From assembly GCF_963921235.1 (NCBI RefSeq), contig NC_086102.1, positions 141,856,001 to 141,920,000 on the forward strand: 64,000 nt of DNA, read 5' to 3'. The DNA comes from Mobula hypostoma (Eukaryota). The notes below the pieces were generated by a model, which saw only the letters and a program-made list of their open reading frames with translations, had not been told where the DNA came from and did not search any database. The translations under genes were made by a program, and so were the position numbers. Below are positions 51,609-62,689 of this stretch, one piece after another (position 1 is the first letter of the stretch; each line of letters starts with the position of its first letter).

Positions 51609-53360
51609 CCACTCTCAAACAGGTACAATCAGTTAACATATTGATGACATGCCACATGTGATAAACTGAAAAACAACAGCTTCTCTATCCAGGTTAATGA
51701 GTCAACAGATTCCACCAAAAAATGTCATGTTGTTGCATTTCACATAAAATACAGGAGGAACTCAACAGGCCTGGCAGTATGTATGGTAAAAAGTGCAGTT
51801 GACATTTCGGGCCCAGATCCTCCTGCTGAAGGGCCCAAACATTTGTGATGTTGTAGCAGTTGGAAACTTTTTCTGTTGCAAAGAGCTACCTGAGACAAGC
51901 AAAAGTCAAGATATATTTAACGCTTTGTCTTCATAACTGGAAACAAAAGGTCTGTCTTGGAGGAACTGTGTTGGCATCTGTACTGATGGTTCCCCAGCAA
52001 TGGTTGGCTCCATGAGAGGTTTTATTTCTCCTGGGGAAAAAAAAAAGTCCTGACATTGTCACAACACACTGCTTTCTTCACAGAGAGGTGCTGATGTCAA
52101 AAATTCTTGGAGCTGAAACGAAAAACGTTCAGGATGATGCTACAAAAATGGTTAACTTTATTAAACAAAGATGAGTTCACTCAAGAATGTTTAAAACCGT
52201 GTGAGAACCTGGACAAAAAGCACACCATTCTCCTTCCATACACAGAAATCCGGAGGCTTAGCAGAGGATGAATTGTCAACAGGGTGTCTCAGCTGAAAGG
52301 TGAATTGCAAGAGTAATTTCAAGAACATAATAGGCCAGACTTTGCTGAGTGAGTGCTTTGAAGATGAAGAATGGTTGCAGAAACTAGCCTACTGAGCAGA
52401 CATTTTTCATCATATGAACCAGTTGAACAAGTCTCTGCAAGTCCTTGGAGAAAATGTTTTGACTTCAAGTGACAAAATACTTGGATTTAAAAGGAATCTG
52501 AATCTTTGGAAAAAATCATTTTGCAAAAGGAAATCTTGAAATATTTCCACTGCTGCTTGGGCTTGAGAGTGAGGAAGGGTCAGAAAGTCTCAAGTCTTAT
52601 TGAAAAACACCTGAAAGAACTGTAGTGTATAACTAGATGAGGGACCCTTTCTCTGAATCTTCTGCTCTGCCTGAGAACTTGACTTTCTGAGAAGAGGAAG
52701 AACCTTGCAGACTGATTGTGCACTCAAAATGAAATCTACTGACCTGTTCCTGGACAAGATGTGGATTTCTATAAAAGAAGAGTATCCTGCCATTCCTAGG
52801 AAAGCAATGAACATTTAGCTGCAGTTTTCAACTTCTTACTTGTGTGAGCAAGTTTTATTCTTGCTAACAAGAATCAAGAGCAAGGATAGAAATTGATTCA
52901 TTTCAGTTGAAGGTGAAATCCCTGTGCTTATCTCAAATTCAACACAGATTTAAGTATTTGTACAGCAAAAAATAAGCACAGGTTTCACATGCTAGGCCTA
53001 TATTTGAGGCTGATCATGTCACTCAGTAAAAAAAAACGCTTTTTTTCCAAAGTCTTGTATAAAACTGTGTCTTAGGCTATATTTTTTATTCCTATTGCTC
53101 TGGCTTATAACCATTTAACCATATAACAATTATAGCACGGAAACAGGCCATCTCGGCCCTTCTATGGTTTTTAGTAACTTTACTATTCAACCTTGTCAAT
53201 AAATTTTCATGTTGTAAATAGCATGAATTAAAATCAATTTAAAACCTTTATTTAAAGTAAATCTACCAAGCCTACCTTTAGAAAATTTAAATCCCATTTT
53301 GACTTAAGCCATTTATTTAACAGAAATTTATTATGTCTAAAAATAATATAAATATTAAAT

Positions 53361-54825
53361 TCAGGATCAGAATCAGAATCAGGTTTATTATCACCGACAT
53401 GTGTTGTGAAAGTTGTTAACTTAGCAGCAGCAGTTCATTGCAATACATAATGTAGAAAAAGAAGGAAATAAGTAAATTACAGTACACGTATACAGTATTC
53501 GATAGATTAAAAATTATGCAGAAAACAGAAATAATATATATTAAAAAGGTGAGGTAGAGCTCATGGGTTCAATGTCCATTTAGGAATCAGATGGCAGAGG
53601 GGAAGAAGCTGTTACTGAATTGCTGAGTGTGTGCCTTCAGGCTCCTGTATCTCCTACCTGATGGTAACAGTGAGAAAAGGACATGCCCCGGGTGCTGGAG
53701 GTCCTTAATAATGGACGCTGCCTTTCTGAGACACCTCTCCCTGAAGATGTCCAGGGTACTTTGTAGGCTAGTGCCCAAGATGGAGCCAACTAAATTTACA
53801 TCCCTCTGCAGCTCCTTTTGGTCCTGTGCAGTAGCTCCCCCATACCAGACAGTGATTCAGCCTGTCAGAATGCTCTCCTCGGTACACCTATAGAAGTTTT
53901 TGAGTGTATTTGTTGACATACCAAATCTCTTCAACACCGAATGAAGTATAGTCACTGTTTTGCCTTCTTTATAACTGCATCGATATGTTGGGACCAGGTT
54001 AGGTCCTCAGAGATCTTGACACCCAGGAACTTGAAACTGCTCATTCTCTCCACTTCTGATCCCTCTATGAGGATTGGTATGTGCTCCTTCATCTTACCCC
54101 TCCTGAAGTCCACAATCAGCTCTCTCATCTTACTGATGTTGAGTGCAAGGTTGTTGCTGTGGCACCATTCCACTAGTTGGCATATCTCACTCCTGTACAC
54201 CGTCTCATCACCACCTGAGATTCTACCAACAATGGTTGTATCATCAGCAAATTTATAGATGGTATTTAAGCTATACCTAGCCACACAGTCATGTGTATAT
54301 AGAGAGTAGAATAGTGGGGTAAGCACACACCCCTGAGGTGCGTCAGTGTTGATTGTCAATGAGGAAGAGATATTATCACCAATCCGCACAGATTGTGGTC
54401 TTCTGATTAGGAAGATGAGGATCCAATTGCAGAGGGAGGTATAGAGGCTCAGGTTCTGTAACCTCTCAATCAGGATTGTGGGAATGATGGTGTTAAACAT
54501 TGAGCTATAGTTGATGAACAGCATCCTGACAGAGGTCTTTGTATTGTCCAGGTGGTCTGAAGCCATGTCAAGAGCCTTTGAGATTGCATCTGCCATTGAC
54601 CTATTGTAATGATATGTAAATTGCAATGGGTCTAGGTCCTTGCTGAGGCAGAAGTTCAGTCTAGTCATGACCAACCCCTCAAAACATTTCATCACAGTAG
54701 ATGTGAGTGCTACTGGGGAACAGTCACTAAGGCATCTCATATTATTCTTCTTAGGCACTGGTATAATAGTTGCTTTTTTGAAGCCAGTGGGAACTTCCGC
54801 CAGTAGCAGTGAGAGGCTGAAAATT
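53361..54825 (-). mobile_element. Rex1/Babar-type LINE inside the hAT element
   Basis: ORF 53952..54887 (PVALTSTVMKCFE, APQGCVL, KFADDTT, FKFLGV), with a (CTGATT)n tail at ~53365-53382. Confidence 0.88.
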
Positions 54826-55149
54826 GATATTATATTTATTCTGAGTTTTAAAAATTTATGACAGGGAAAGAAAAGGATTAATTTCAAGAAAGATAAGCTA
54901 AGCTCAGCTACCCGTTTTTTTCCAAGAAAGGTTGGCTAAAATTTCATTCTCAATTCAAAAGTGCATTGGCAATTATTTTTGGATTATTATACCTACAACT
55001 TACTGATCAAGCTAACACACTATGAGCTGTAGATTTAATCATTTTCCCACAGGGGTTCCTTGAGACCTGAAAATTATTTCAAGGGTTCGTCTAGAGCAAC
55101 AAAGTTGAGAAAGGCTGCTATACACGGTCAAGATAGACTGTCAACAAAC

Positions 55150-57190
55150 CAAATCTTTTCAAACTCCTAATTAAGTATAACTGCAGTCTTGCCTTCTTTA
55201 TAGCTGCAACAATATGTTGGGACCAGTTTAGATCCTCAGGGATCATGACACCCAGGAACTTGAAATTTTTCACTCTCTCCACTCCTGATCACTCTATGAG
55301 GATTGGTTCATGTTCCCTCTTCTTACTCTTCCCGAAGTCCACAATCAGCTCTTTCATCTTACTGATGTTGAGTGTGGGGTTGTTGCTGCAAGACCACTCA
55401 ACCAGCTGGTATAACTAGCTCCTGTGCACCCTTTCATCTCCATCTGAGATTCTACCAACTGTGGTTGTGTCAGTGGCAAATTTATAGATGCCATTTGAGC
55501 TATACCTAGTCACACAGTCATAGGTATAAAGCGAGTAGAGCAGTGGGCAACCCTGAAATGCACCTGTGTTAATTGTCAGCAAGGAGGAAATATTATTACC
55601 AATCCACATAGATTGTGGTCTTCTGGTTAGGAAGTTGAGAATCTAGTTGCAGAGGGAGATACAGAGATCCAGGTTCTCCAGCTGATCAGTCAGGAATGGT
55701 GGGAATGATGGTGTCAAATGCTGACCTATAGTCAATGAACAACATCCTAACATAGGTGTTCGTATTGTCCAGGTGATCTAAGGCGGTGTGAAGAGCCACT
55801 GAGATTGTGTCTGCTGTAGACTTATTGAGGTGATACACAAATCGCAGTGGGTCCAGATCCTTGCTGAGTTTAATCATCAGCCTCTAAAAACACTACATTA
55901 CTGTGGACGACCCAGTGGGATGACACCTCATCCTATTTGTTGAGGCTGGTAGGAGTACTGAATGCATCCACCCAAGAGCTCCTTCAAGACTCCTCTTCAC
56001 AGGCAAGGAGAGGAACATGAGAGTATCTCAGCAGACAGCTGCAGTTCCCCTCAGAGATAAGCAAAACCTCTCTTCACCCAGACATTGTACTGTGGTCTAC
56101 GGCTGCCAAGACCATCCTCCTCACTGAGTTAACCAGCTCATGGGAGGAAAGAATGGAGGCTGCCCATGGGTGGAAGAGGTTGAATTGAGGAAGCTGGCTG
56201 GAGAACCATAATTTATCCTGTGGTGGTAAGGTGTCAGCGCATCGACGACAAGGTTACTTTGTGGCATGGCAGTGACTGGGGTGAGGCTCAGGAGGGCCAC
56301 CAGAGAGTTGTCTGAAGAGGCAGAAAAGGGCAGCTTTTGGCTGGGGAGGAGAGACAGAAATCGTGGAACCAACTAAACCCAGGGGGTAGCAGACAGATAT
56401 TCCTGCCACTGGTCTTCCACCAGGAGATGTACCATGGCTAAGGGAGTGAAACATCCTCGGCTGATGACCCGGCAGCTGAGCTAAGGCACAGTTAGATGTG
56501 TGTCAGGCAGCCAGGACAAGCAGGAAACAACATCTACCTGTAAATCTGATTAACAGCGACTGGACAATTGTTATTGAAGCAGGTTAGCATGTTCTTCTTT
56601 GAAACCAGTATAGCTGAAGGGTGCTTGAAGCAGGTTGGTACCTCAGACTGCAGAAACGAGAGGTTAAAGATCTCATTTAATACTCCAGCCAATTGATCCT
56701 AGCTGGTCAGCCAGGTACCCCACCTGGGGCTGATGATTTCCATGGGTTCAGCCTCCTGACGGATGCTCTCATGTCAGCCTCAGAGACTGAAATCACAAGG
56801 TCATTGTGAGTGTAGGAGTTTGTGATGGTTCCTCCGCGTTTTGATGGTCAAAGTGAGCCTAGAAGACATTGAGATCATCTGGTAATGAAGTCTTCTTGTC
56901 ACCTCTGTCGCATAATTTGACTTTATAAGAAGTGATAATGTTCAAACCCTGCCACAGCATATGAGCATTCTTTATTGATTCAAGTTCAGTCCTGAATTGC
57001 CACTTAGTTCCTGAGATGACTTTCTGGAGATTGGGCCTGGATCTCTGGTAACTTTTTTGGTCACCAGACTTGAAAGCCTCTGATCAGGCCCTCAACAGAT
57101 TGTCGATCTCATGGTTCATCCAGGGCTCCTGGTTGAAGAAGACGCTTAATGTTTTTGTGTAGACACGCTTGTCGACAACTGTTTTTATAA
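55150..57190 (-). mobile_element. Rex1/Babar-type relic with a nested HERO fragment (~55905-56540); paralog of 26190-28280
   Basis: ORFs 55415..55877 match 26328..26941, and the HERO piece sits at the same position. Confidence 0.8.
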
Positions 57191-57657
57191 ATCAACAATT
57201 TATCTGAGGCTTATTATTGGCCTTCCTCACATAAAAAAATGAATTAAAAGGAAGGGATATCTCAAGTGTGGTGAGGAAATCCAGAATGTGGAGGTAATTA
57301 AAATGCATGTGCACAGTTCTTCACTGACAGGAGAGTGGAAGGCTTTGACTGTTCAACGTGTTCACCAAGAGAAGTGGAGCAAACATAATGAATGCTGGAG
57401 GTGGGAAAACTACAAGGAACCACTGTGAAAGGCAATATTAACTCTCACTTGGAGGATCAAGTGGGCTATGAAGGGACAGGCACCAAATATTATTGAAGAC
57501 AAATCACTTTTAACTCATCTGGCTGAAGAGATGTCTGATCAGTGTTGGCCAGAGAAGCTGTATAGATGGACTTTCAAAAGATGTTTGTCATTTTAATAAG
57601 GTATGCCCTCAATTTAGGCAGCTTGAGAAAGAGAACTAAAATGCTACTTTGACCTAG

Positions 57658-57944
57658 GTGAATGGACCTGGGTGAAATATAGCTGTGAGTGTTCCTGAAC
57701 TGTTTGGTTTATACAACAACTAAAATGATAAGAAAGCACAGCTGTAAGAATCCAGAATGTGTTTCTGTTGTTTTTTCCTACAATAAATGAAAAAAAGGAT
57801 TTTGTCACATTTTGCTGATGTTTAATGTTGTGTCATCAGAATAACAAGAAACTGCCTAGTGAGGCCTTTCTACCCTGCATATAAATACCAACTTGTGTTA
57901 GTCAGTGAAACATTCAGCTGGTTACCAGACTAAGTGCATTTAAA
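57658..57944 (+). promoter_or_regulatory. Proximal promoter and 5' UTR of gamma-crystallin copy 5
   Basis: TATAAATA at 57880-57887, TGCTGA at 57813. Confidence 0.7.
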
Positions 57945-59651
57945 ATGGGAAAGGCAAGGACTCTTCTGTATGTGAGGTAAATTAATAGCCTTCATTAATA
58001 CTCGAGGAACTATTAACACAGATATGCTCCTTTCCACAGATCATCTTCTACGAGGACAGGAACTTCCAGGGTCGGCACTATGAGTGCAGCTCCGACTCTG
58101 CTGACCTCTCCCCTTACTTCAGCCGCTGTAACTCCATCCGTGTCGAGAGTGACTGGTGGGTGTTGTACGAGAGACCCAACTACATGGGATACCAGTATAT
58201 CCTGAGCAGGGGAGAGTATCCTGACTACAAGCACTGGATGGGATTCAATGACTGTGTCAGGTCCTGTCGCAGTTACCCATACGTAAGTTGCAATATTTTT
58301 CTCAGGCGATTTGATCTTTTGCAGATTGGCTCTGAAAATGGAAAATTTGCCAAGCAAGTGTCTAATTGGTGTTAAATATGTCCAAATGTATTAATATGCT
58401 TGGGTATTTTGAGGTTAAGCAGGAGGCAGTGTTGGGTCTCTTACTGAGCATTATGGTAGGTAGGCCCTAAGTCCAGATGGAATATACCCCAGCTTATTGT
58501 GAGAGGCAAGAGATGAGATTCTTGGCACATTGCCCAACATCTTCTTGTCTTTTCTCGCCATCCAGCATATTGCATATAATTTTGATCATACCATTACATG
58601 AATGTTTAGATTTTGGAGAGAGTGCAGCAGAAGCTTATCAGGATGCTGCCTGGTTTAGAGGGCATGTCGTATATTGGGAGGTTGGGCAAACTTGAGCTGT
58701 TTTCCCTGGAGGTTGAGGGGAGATCCGATAGAGGTTCATAAGTTTATGGAAGGCACGGATAAAGTAGACAGAAAGTTATTTTTCCCAGGGTTAAAATATC
58801 TCCTATCACAGGACATGCATTTAAGGTGAGAGGTTGTGAGTTCAGAGGAGATGTGAGAGGCAAGTCTTTTACACAGAGAGGGGTGGGTGCCTGGAATGTG
58901 TTGACCGGTGTGACGTTAGAGGCAGGTTCATCAGGGGCTTTTGAGAGACTCTTCTATAGGCACATGAATGTAAGGGAAGTGGAAGGACATGGACATTGAT
59001 GAGACAGAAGGGATTAGTTTAGTTGGCCATTTAATTTAAACAGCCAACTAAATTTAAATTTACTAATTTAATTGATTGGGCAGAATATTGTGGGCCCAAG
59101 GGCCTGTCCCAGTGCTCTTATATCCGATGTTCTATGTTCAAAATGCAATTTTTCATATTATTTGCTGTGTTTTCTTTTAACTCCTTTTTGAACCAGCAGC
59201 AATGCATGTTGGAGGCATCATTGAGACAGATAATAAGTGAAATGATCAAACTGCATCTGATTTTATTTCCCATTGAAGTCAATGTCCAGTCTATGAATTA
59301 GCATTGAGATGTACTGACTAATGAGCAAAAAAACTACTGAACATCATGACTAAAACTCGGTGTTTCCTATTCCAGTACCGAGGTGGAAACTACAGGATGA
59401 GGATTTACGAGAGGCCTGACTTTGCAGGGCAGATGATGGAATTCATGGATAACTGTCTCTCTGTCTACGATCGTTTCCGTTACCGTGACATCCACTCCTG
59501 TCAGGTGATGGATGGTTATTGGATCTTCTATGAACATCCCAACTACAGAGGTCGACAGTACTTCCTGAGACCTGGGGAATACAGGAGATACAGTGACTGG
59601 GGTGGCTACAACTCAATGATCGGGTCCTTCAGGCGCATGAGAGACTTCTAA
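57945..59651 (+). CDS. Gamma-crystallin (S-1-like), copy 5; join(57945..57953,58040..58282,59376..59651), 175 aa
   Basis: Translation MGK|[23 protein letters not shown]...DYKHWMG...YPY|[10 protein letters not shown]...DNCLSVY...RMRDF*. Introns are 86 nt GC-AG and 1093 nt GT-AG. AATAAA at 59702-59707. Confidence 0.93.
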
Positions 59652-60084
59652 ATGTTGTTCTTGAAAATCTGATTTTATCTTGTTGGAATATTTATGGAGG
59701 TAATAAAATATCTTTAATGACACGATCGGCTCATTTAATTCATTTACCCTGATTCCACTAGACAGAATCCGGGACAGTAATCATAATCTGAGGACCACAT
59801 TAAATTGTTTTACCACAGTTTGTTCCAGTTAACAGATAACATTATGATGATTGATAGGAGGCTGAAAAATATAAACTGAATAGAAAGTTGTTCGTTGCCT
59901 CTTGTGTTATTGCGTTCATTGTGAGGCACTGTGCTCCAATTCTGAATTTATTTCCAGTGAATTTAATGAGTACAAATATCTATCTTTATGATTTCCATGA
60001 TTCTAATGGTTTTGTGAAAGGACTTCACAAAAGTATGAACAATATAAATAGAGACCTGGAGTTAAACAGCACAGAAAGCAGCAA

Positions 60085-61100
60085 TTTCCAAAGGTTCAAA
60101 GGTTCATGTTATTGTTAAAGTATGCATGGACAATAGAACTCTGATATTTGTCTTCTCCAGATAGTCATGAAATTCAGAAAATCCAAGTGAATAGTTGAAA
60201 AGAAAGACATCACCTACCCCCACCTGGCAGGAAAAAGAAAAAGAAACAAAACTTGTAAACCCAGAAACACCCTCCCACAAACAGAAAACTAACCCCAATT
60301 CCCAGCCCTTGCAAAAAATAGCAACAATAGCATTAATCCGCAAGCTCCTCCCTCACAAAAGAATCAACGAAAACGACATCAAATCCCATTTCCCTCCCTC
60401 TCAAAAATATTAGCGACAATATAATCGAAACCTCCAACTCCCTCTTTCGGATACAAAACAGTAACAGATTGCTCACTTGGAAAACCACCGACAAAAATAG
60501 CAGTCCACAAATGCCCAACTCCTCTCACAAAAAATAACATATCCCAGCTGCCTGCCAATCGGCAGCAAGAAAGAAAACACTGAAAACTGAAGGCAACCAA
60601 CATAAAGTACAGTCCAACAATCACATAAATCTCAGAATATTGAAAACATCGTCCCTTAGGCATTTGAGGAGAGCGGTCATACAAACTCAGACCTTCCATG
60701 AAGAGTGTCTGCAGCGTTGGTTCTGAACACCGCCGAGCTGGCTACTGACCGGCGTCGCCTCATGGCCTCTCTTGAGAGTGACCATTGACCTCCTCCTCAA
60801 TCTTCCTCAATACCTCAAAATAGAGTTGCGGGCTTTTCCACAAGAACGCTTGTGCTCTTTGGGACCCTGCCCCTGACCTCGATGCGGCAGATCACGCTCT
60901 CGGTCCTCTCCAGGCACAGCACAGAGCTAGATAATTTGATCCAATTCCAAACTCCACAGTTATGGGCTCCAGCAGTTTCCATAACACAGCCAAGACAGAA
61001 AGATCAAGCAGAAGACGATGAGAAAGTGAAATAATTAGCATGATTAGCTATTTGATGATGTCGCCTGAGGAATTGTTCATTGGTGCCATCTTGACCAGAA
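60085..61100 (-). mobile_element. Non-coding retroposon-like insertion, family undetermined
   Basis: Has an (AGGTTCAA)n tail on the + strand. It interrupts a flank that is continuous after copies 2 and 4. Related pieces lie at ~34480-34575 and ~36886-37150. Confidence 0.55.
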
Positions 61101-62689
61101 TATTTACAAAACATTTCACAAATTTTACTTTACACTTTTACAAAACATGATGAATTCTACCAAAGTGAGACTGGTATTAACAACAAGAAGACATGGATAG
61201 AAATCTGCTGGATATTGTGAATATACCTATGATTCTGTGTGGGTCTGCATTGTGAAGGATGGAATTTGAATCGAATTTGATATGGAATGATTTGAAGCTG
61301 CAGAATCTTCTGAAGAAATTTAACAAAAAGAAGAAATGAGCTTGAATTTTTGAAACCTCAACCTCAGTCAAAATTTTTCCTAAAGAATGTAATAAGACAG
61401 AAACAGGGACAGGGACAGGAGCAGAGACAGGGTGTTGAAGAAGATGATGATTCTCTGGAATTGTCTATCCCAGACTGTTGTAGAAGCAGATCATTGGGAT
61501 ATTAAAAGGAGAAGTGGAACCTCTTTTGGAAAATCAGGATATGCAGAATTGGCTCAGAAGAGAACAGGAGTAGACTCTGTTAGTGTAGCAATAACTTCTT
61601 ACCACTTAATATTTAACAGTATGAAAGAGATACAGAAAGTGTATCATAGTTTAACATAGAAGCACAATTTGAGTTGAAATTGAAGCTCATCAAATCCATA
61701 TCTTTTAGCTGGTTTTCAGTAAACTTGGAATTAAATCAAAGCATATTGCTATGAAAGGATTTAATTCTGAAAGTGGATGCATTAGATATTAGAGCAAGGC
61801 TTTTTGGTTTGGCAAAGAGCAGCAATTACCATTACTTTGGGAAGATTTCCTAATGGCTTGTTGTGGGATGCTAATGTGAGGACAGAAGAATCTTACCAGA
61901 TTTAAGTCACATTTCTGTTTTCTTTGGAGTAGAGTGAAGGATGACCTAATTGAAACAAATCACGTCCCAAACCACATGACCGGGTTGATGTCGAGATGTT
62001 TCCAAGGCTAGGGGCCTTGGACTAGTTGTCATAATAAGATAATGGGACATTTACTTAAAGTTGAGGTGCTGAAAATTTTCTTCTCACTGAAATAGGCAAA
62101 TCAACAACCTAGTAAGGTCGTAGCAAAATTACTGTAGTGTGTGTGTCATCTCATAGAACTGGCTGAAATAATAATCTCAGATGTAACCTCCTTAAGCATT
62201 AAGATTTCCCCAGAAGGAAGGAAATGGATAGATAGCGTTAGGGAGGTTTTTAATGTCATAAGAAGTATGGATAAGTTGGAGGCTCACAGTAATTTTCACA
62301 GGGTAGAGGAGTCTAAAATTAAAGGACATAGATTTAGGATGAGAGGGGAAAGAGGGGTCCTGAGGAGCACATTTTTCACACAGAGCATGGTGGGTATATG
62401 GACCAGACTACCAGAAGAATTTGTAATGGCTGGGAAAATTTCAACGTTTGAATGACATTTAGACAGGTACATGGATTGCAAATATGCACCAATGCAGGCA
62501 AGTAGGACCTGCACAGGTGAGCAAATTGGTCAACACGGCTGAGTTGGGCTGAGGGGCCTGTTACTGTGCTGTATAACATGACCCTAATACTGCTCGGAAA
62601 GAACCTTCCAAACTCTCAACCTCCACCACGAAAAGGACAAGGGCAGCAACAGCATGGAAGTACCTCCACCTGGAAGTTGCCTCTAAGCC

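Larger units (their letters stand above)
49616..55117 (+). mobile_element. hAT DNA transposon (Buster/Charlie-type), decayed, with nested insertions
   Basis: TIRs CAGGGTTTCTCAAC and GTTGAGAAAGGCTG. 8-bp TSD CAATACAC / CTATACAC. BED finger-like PLCLVCGKQL...PAKLKRHL, and CTDG and THCFLHREVL remnants. Empty site CTATACAC at 26165-26172. Confidence 0.9.

Noticed and set aside
51740-51845. Possible third hammerhead
   Set aside because: A degenerate, rearranged Penelope pLTR-like fragment whose core boxes are not intact on a single strand.
8327-58039. Calling the GC-donor copies pseudogenes
   Set aside because: Frames, promoters and poly(A) signals are intact, and AAG|GCAAG is a good GC-AG context. 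Only copy 1 is doubtful.
59346-59651. Exon-3 ORFs with intronic N-terminal extensions read as stand-alone single-domain crystallins (also 18312, 31824, 41315)
   Set aside because: The extensions run through the polypyrimidine tract and AG acceptor, are not conserved between copies and have no promoter evidence.
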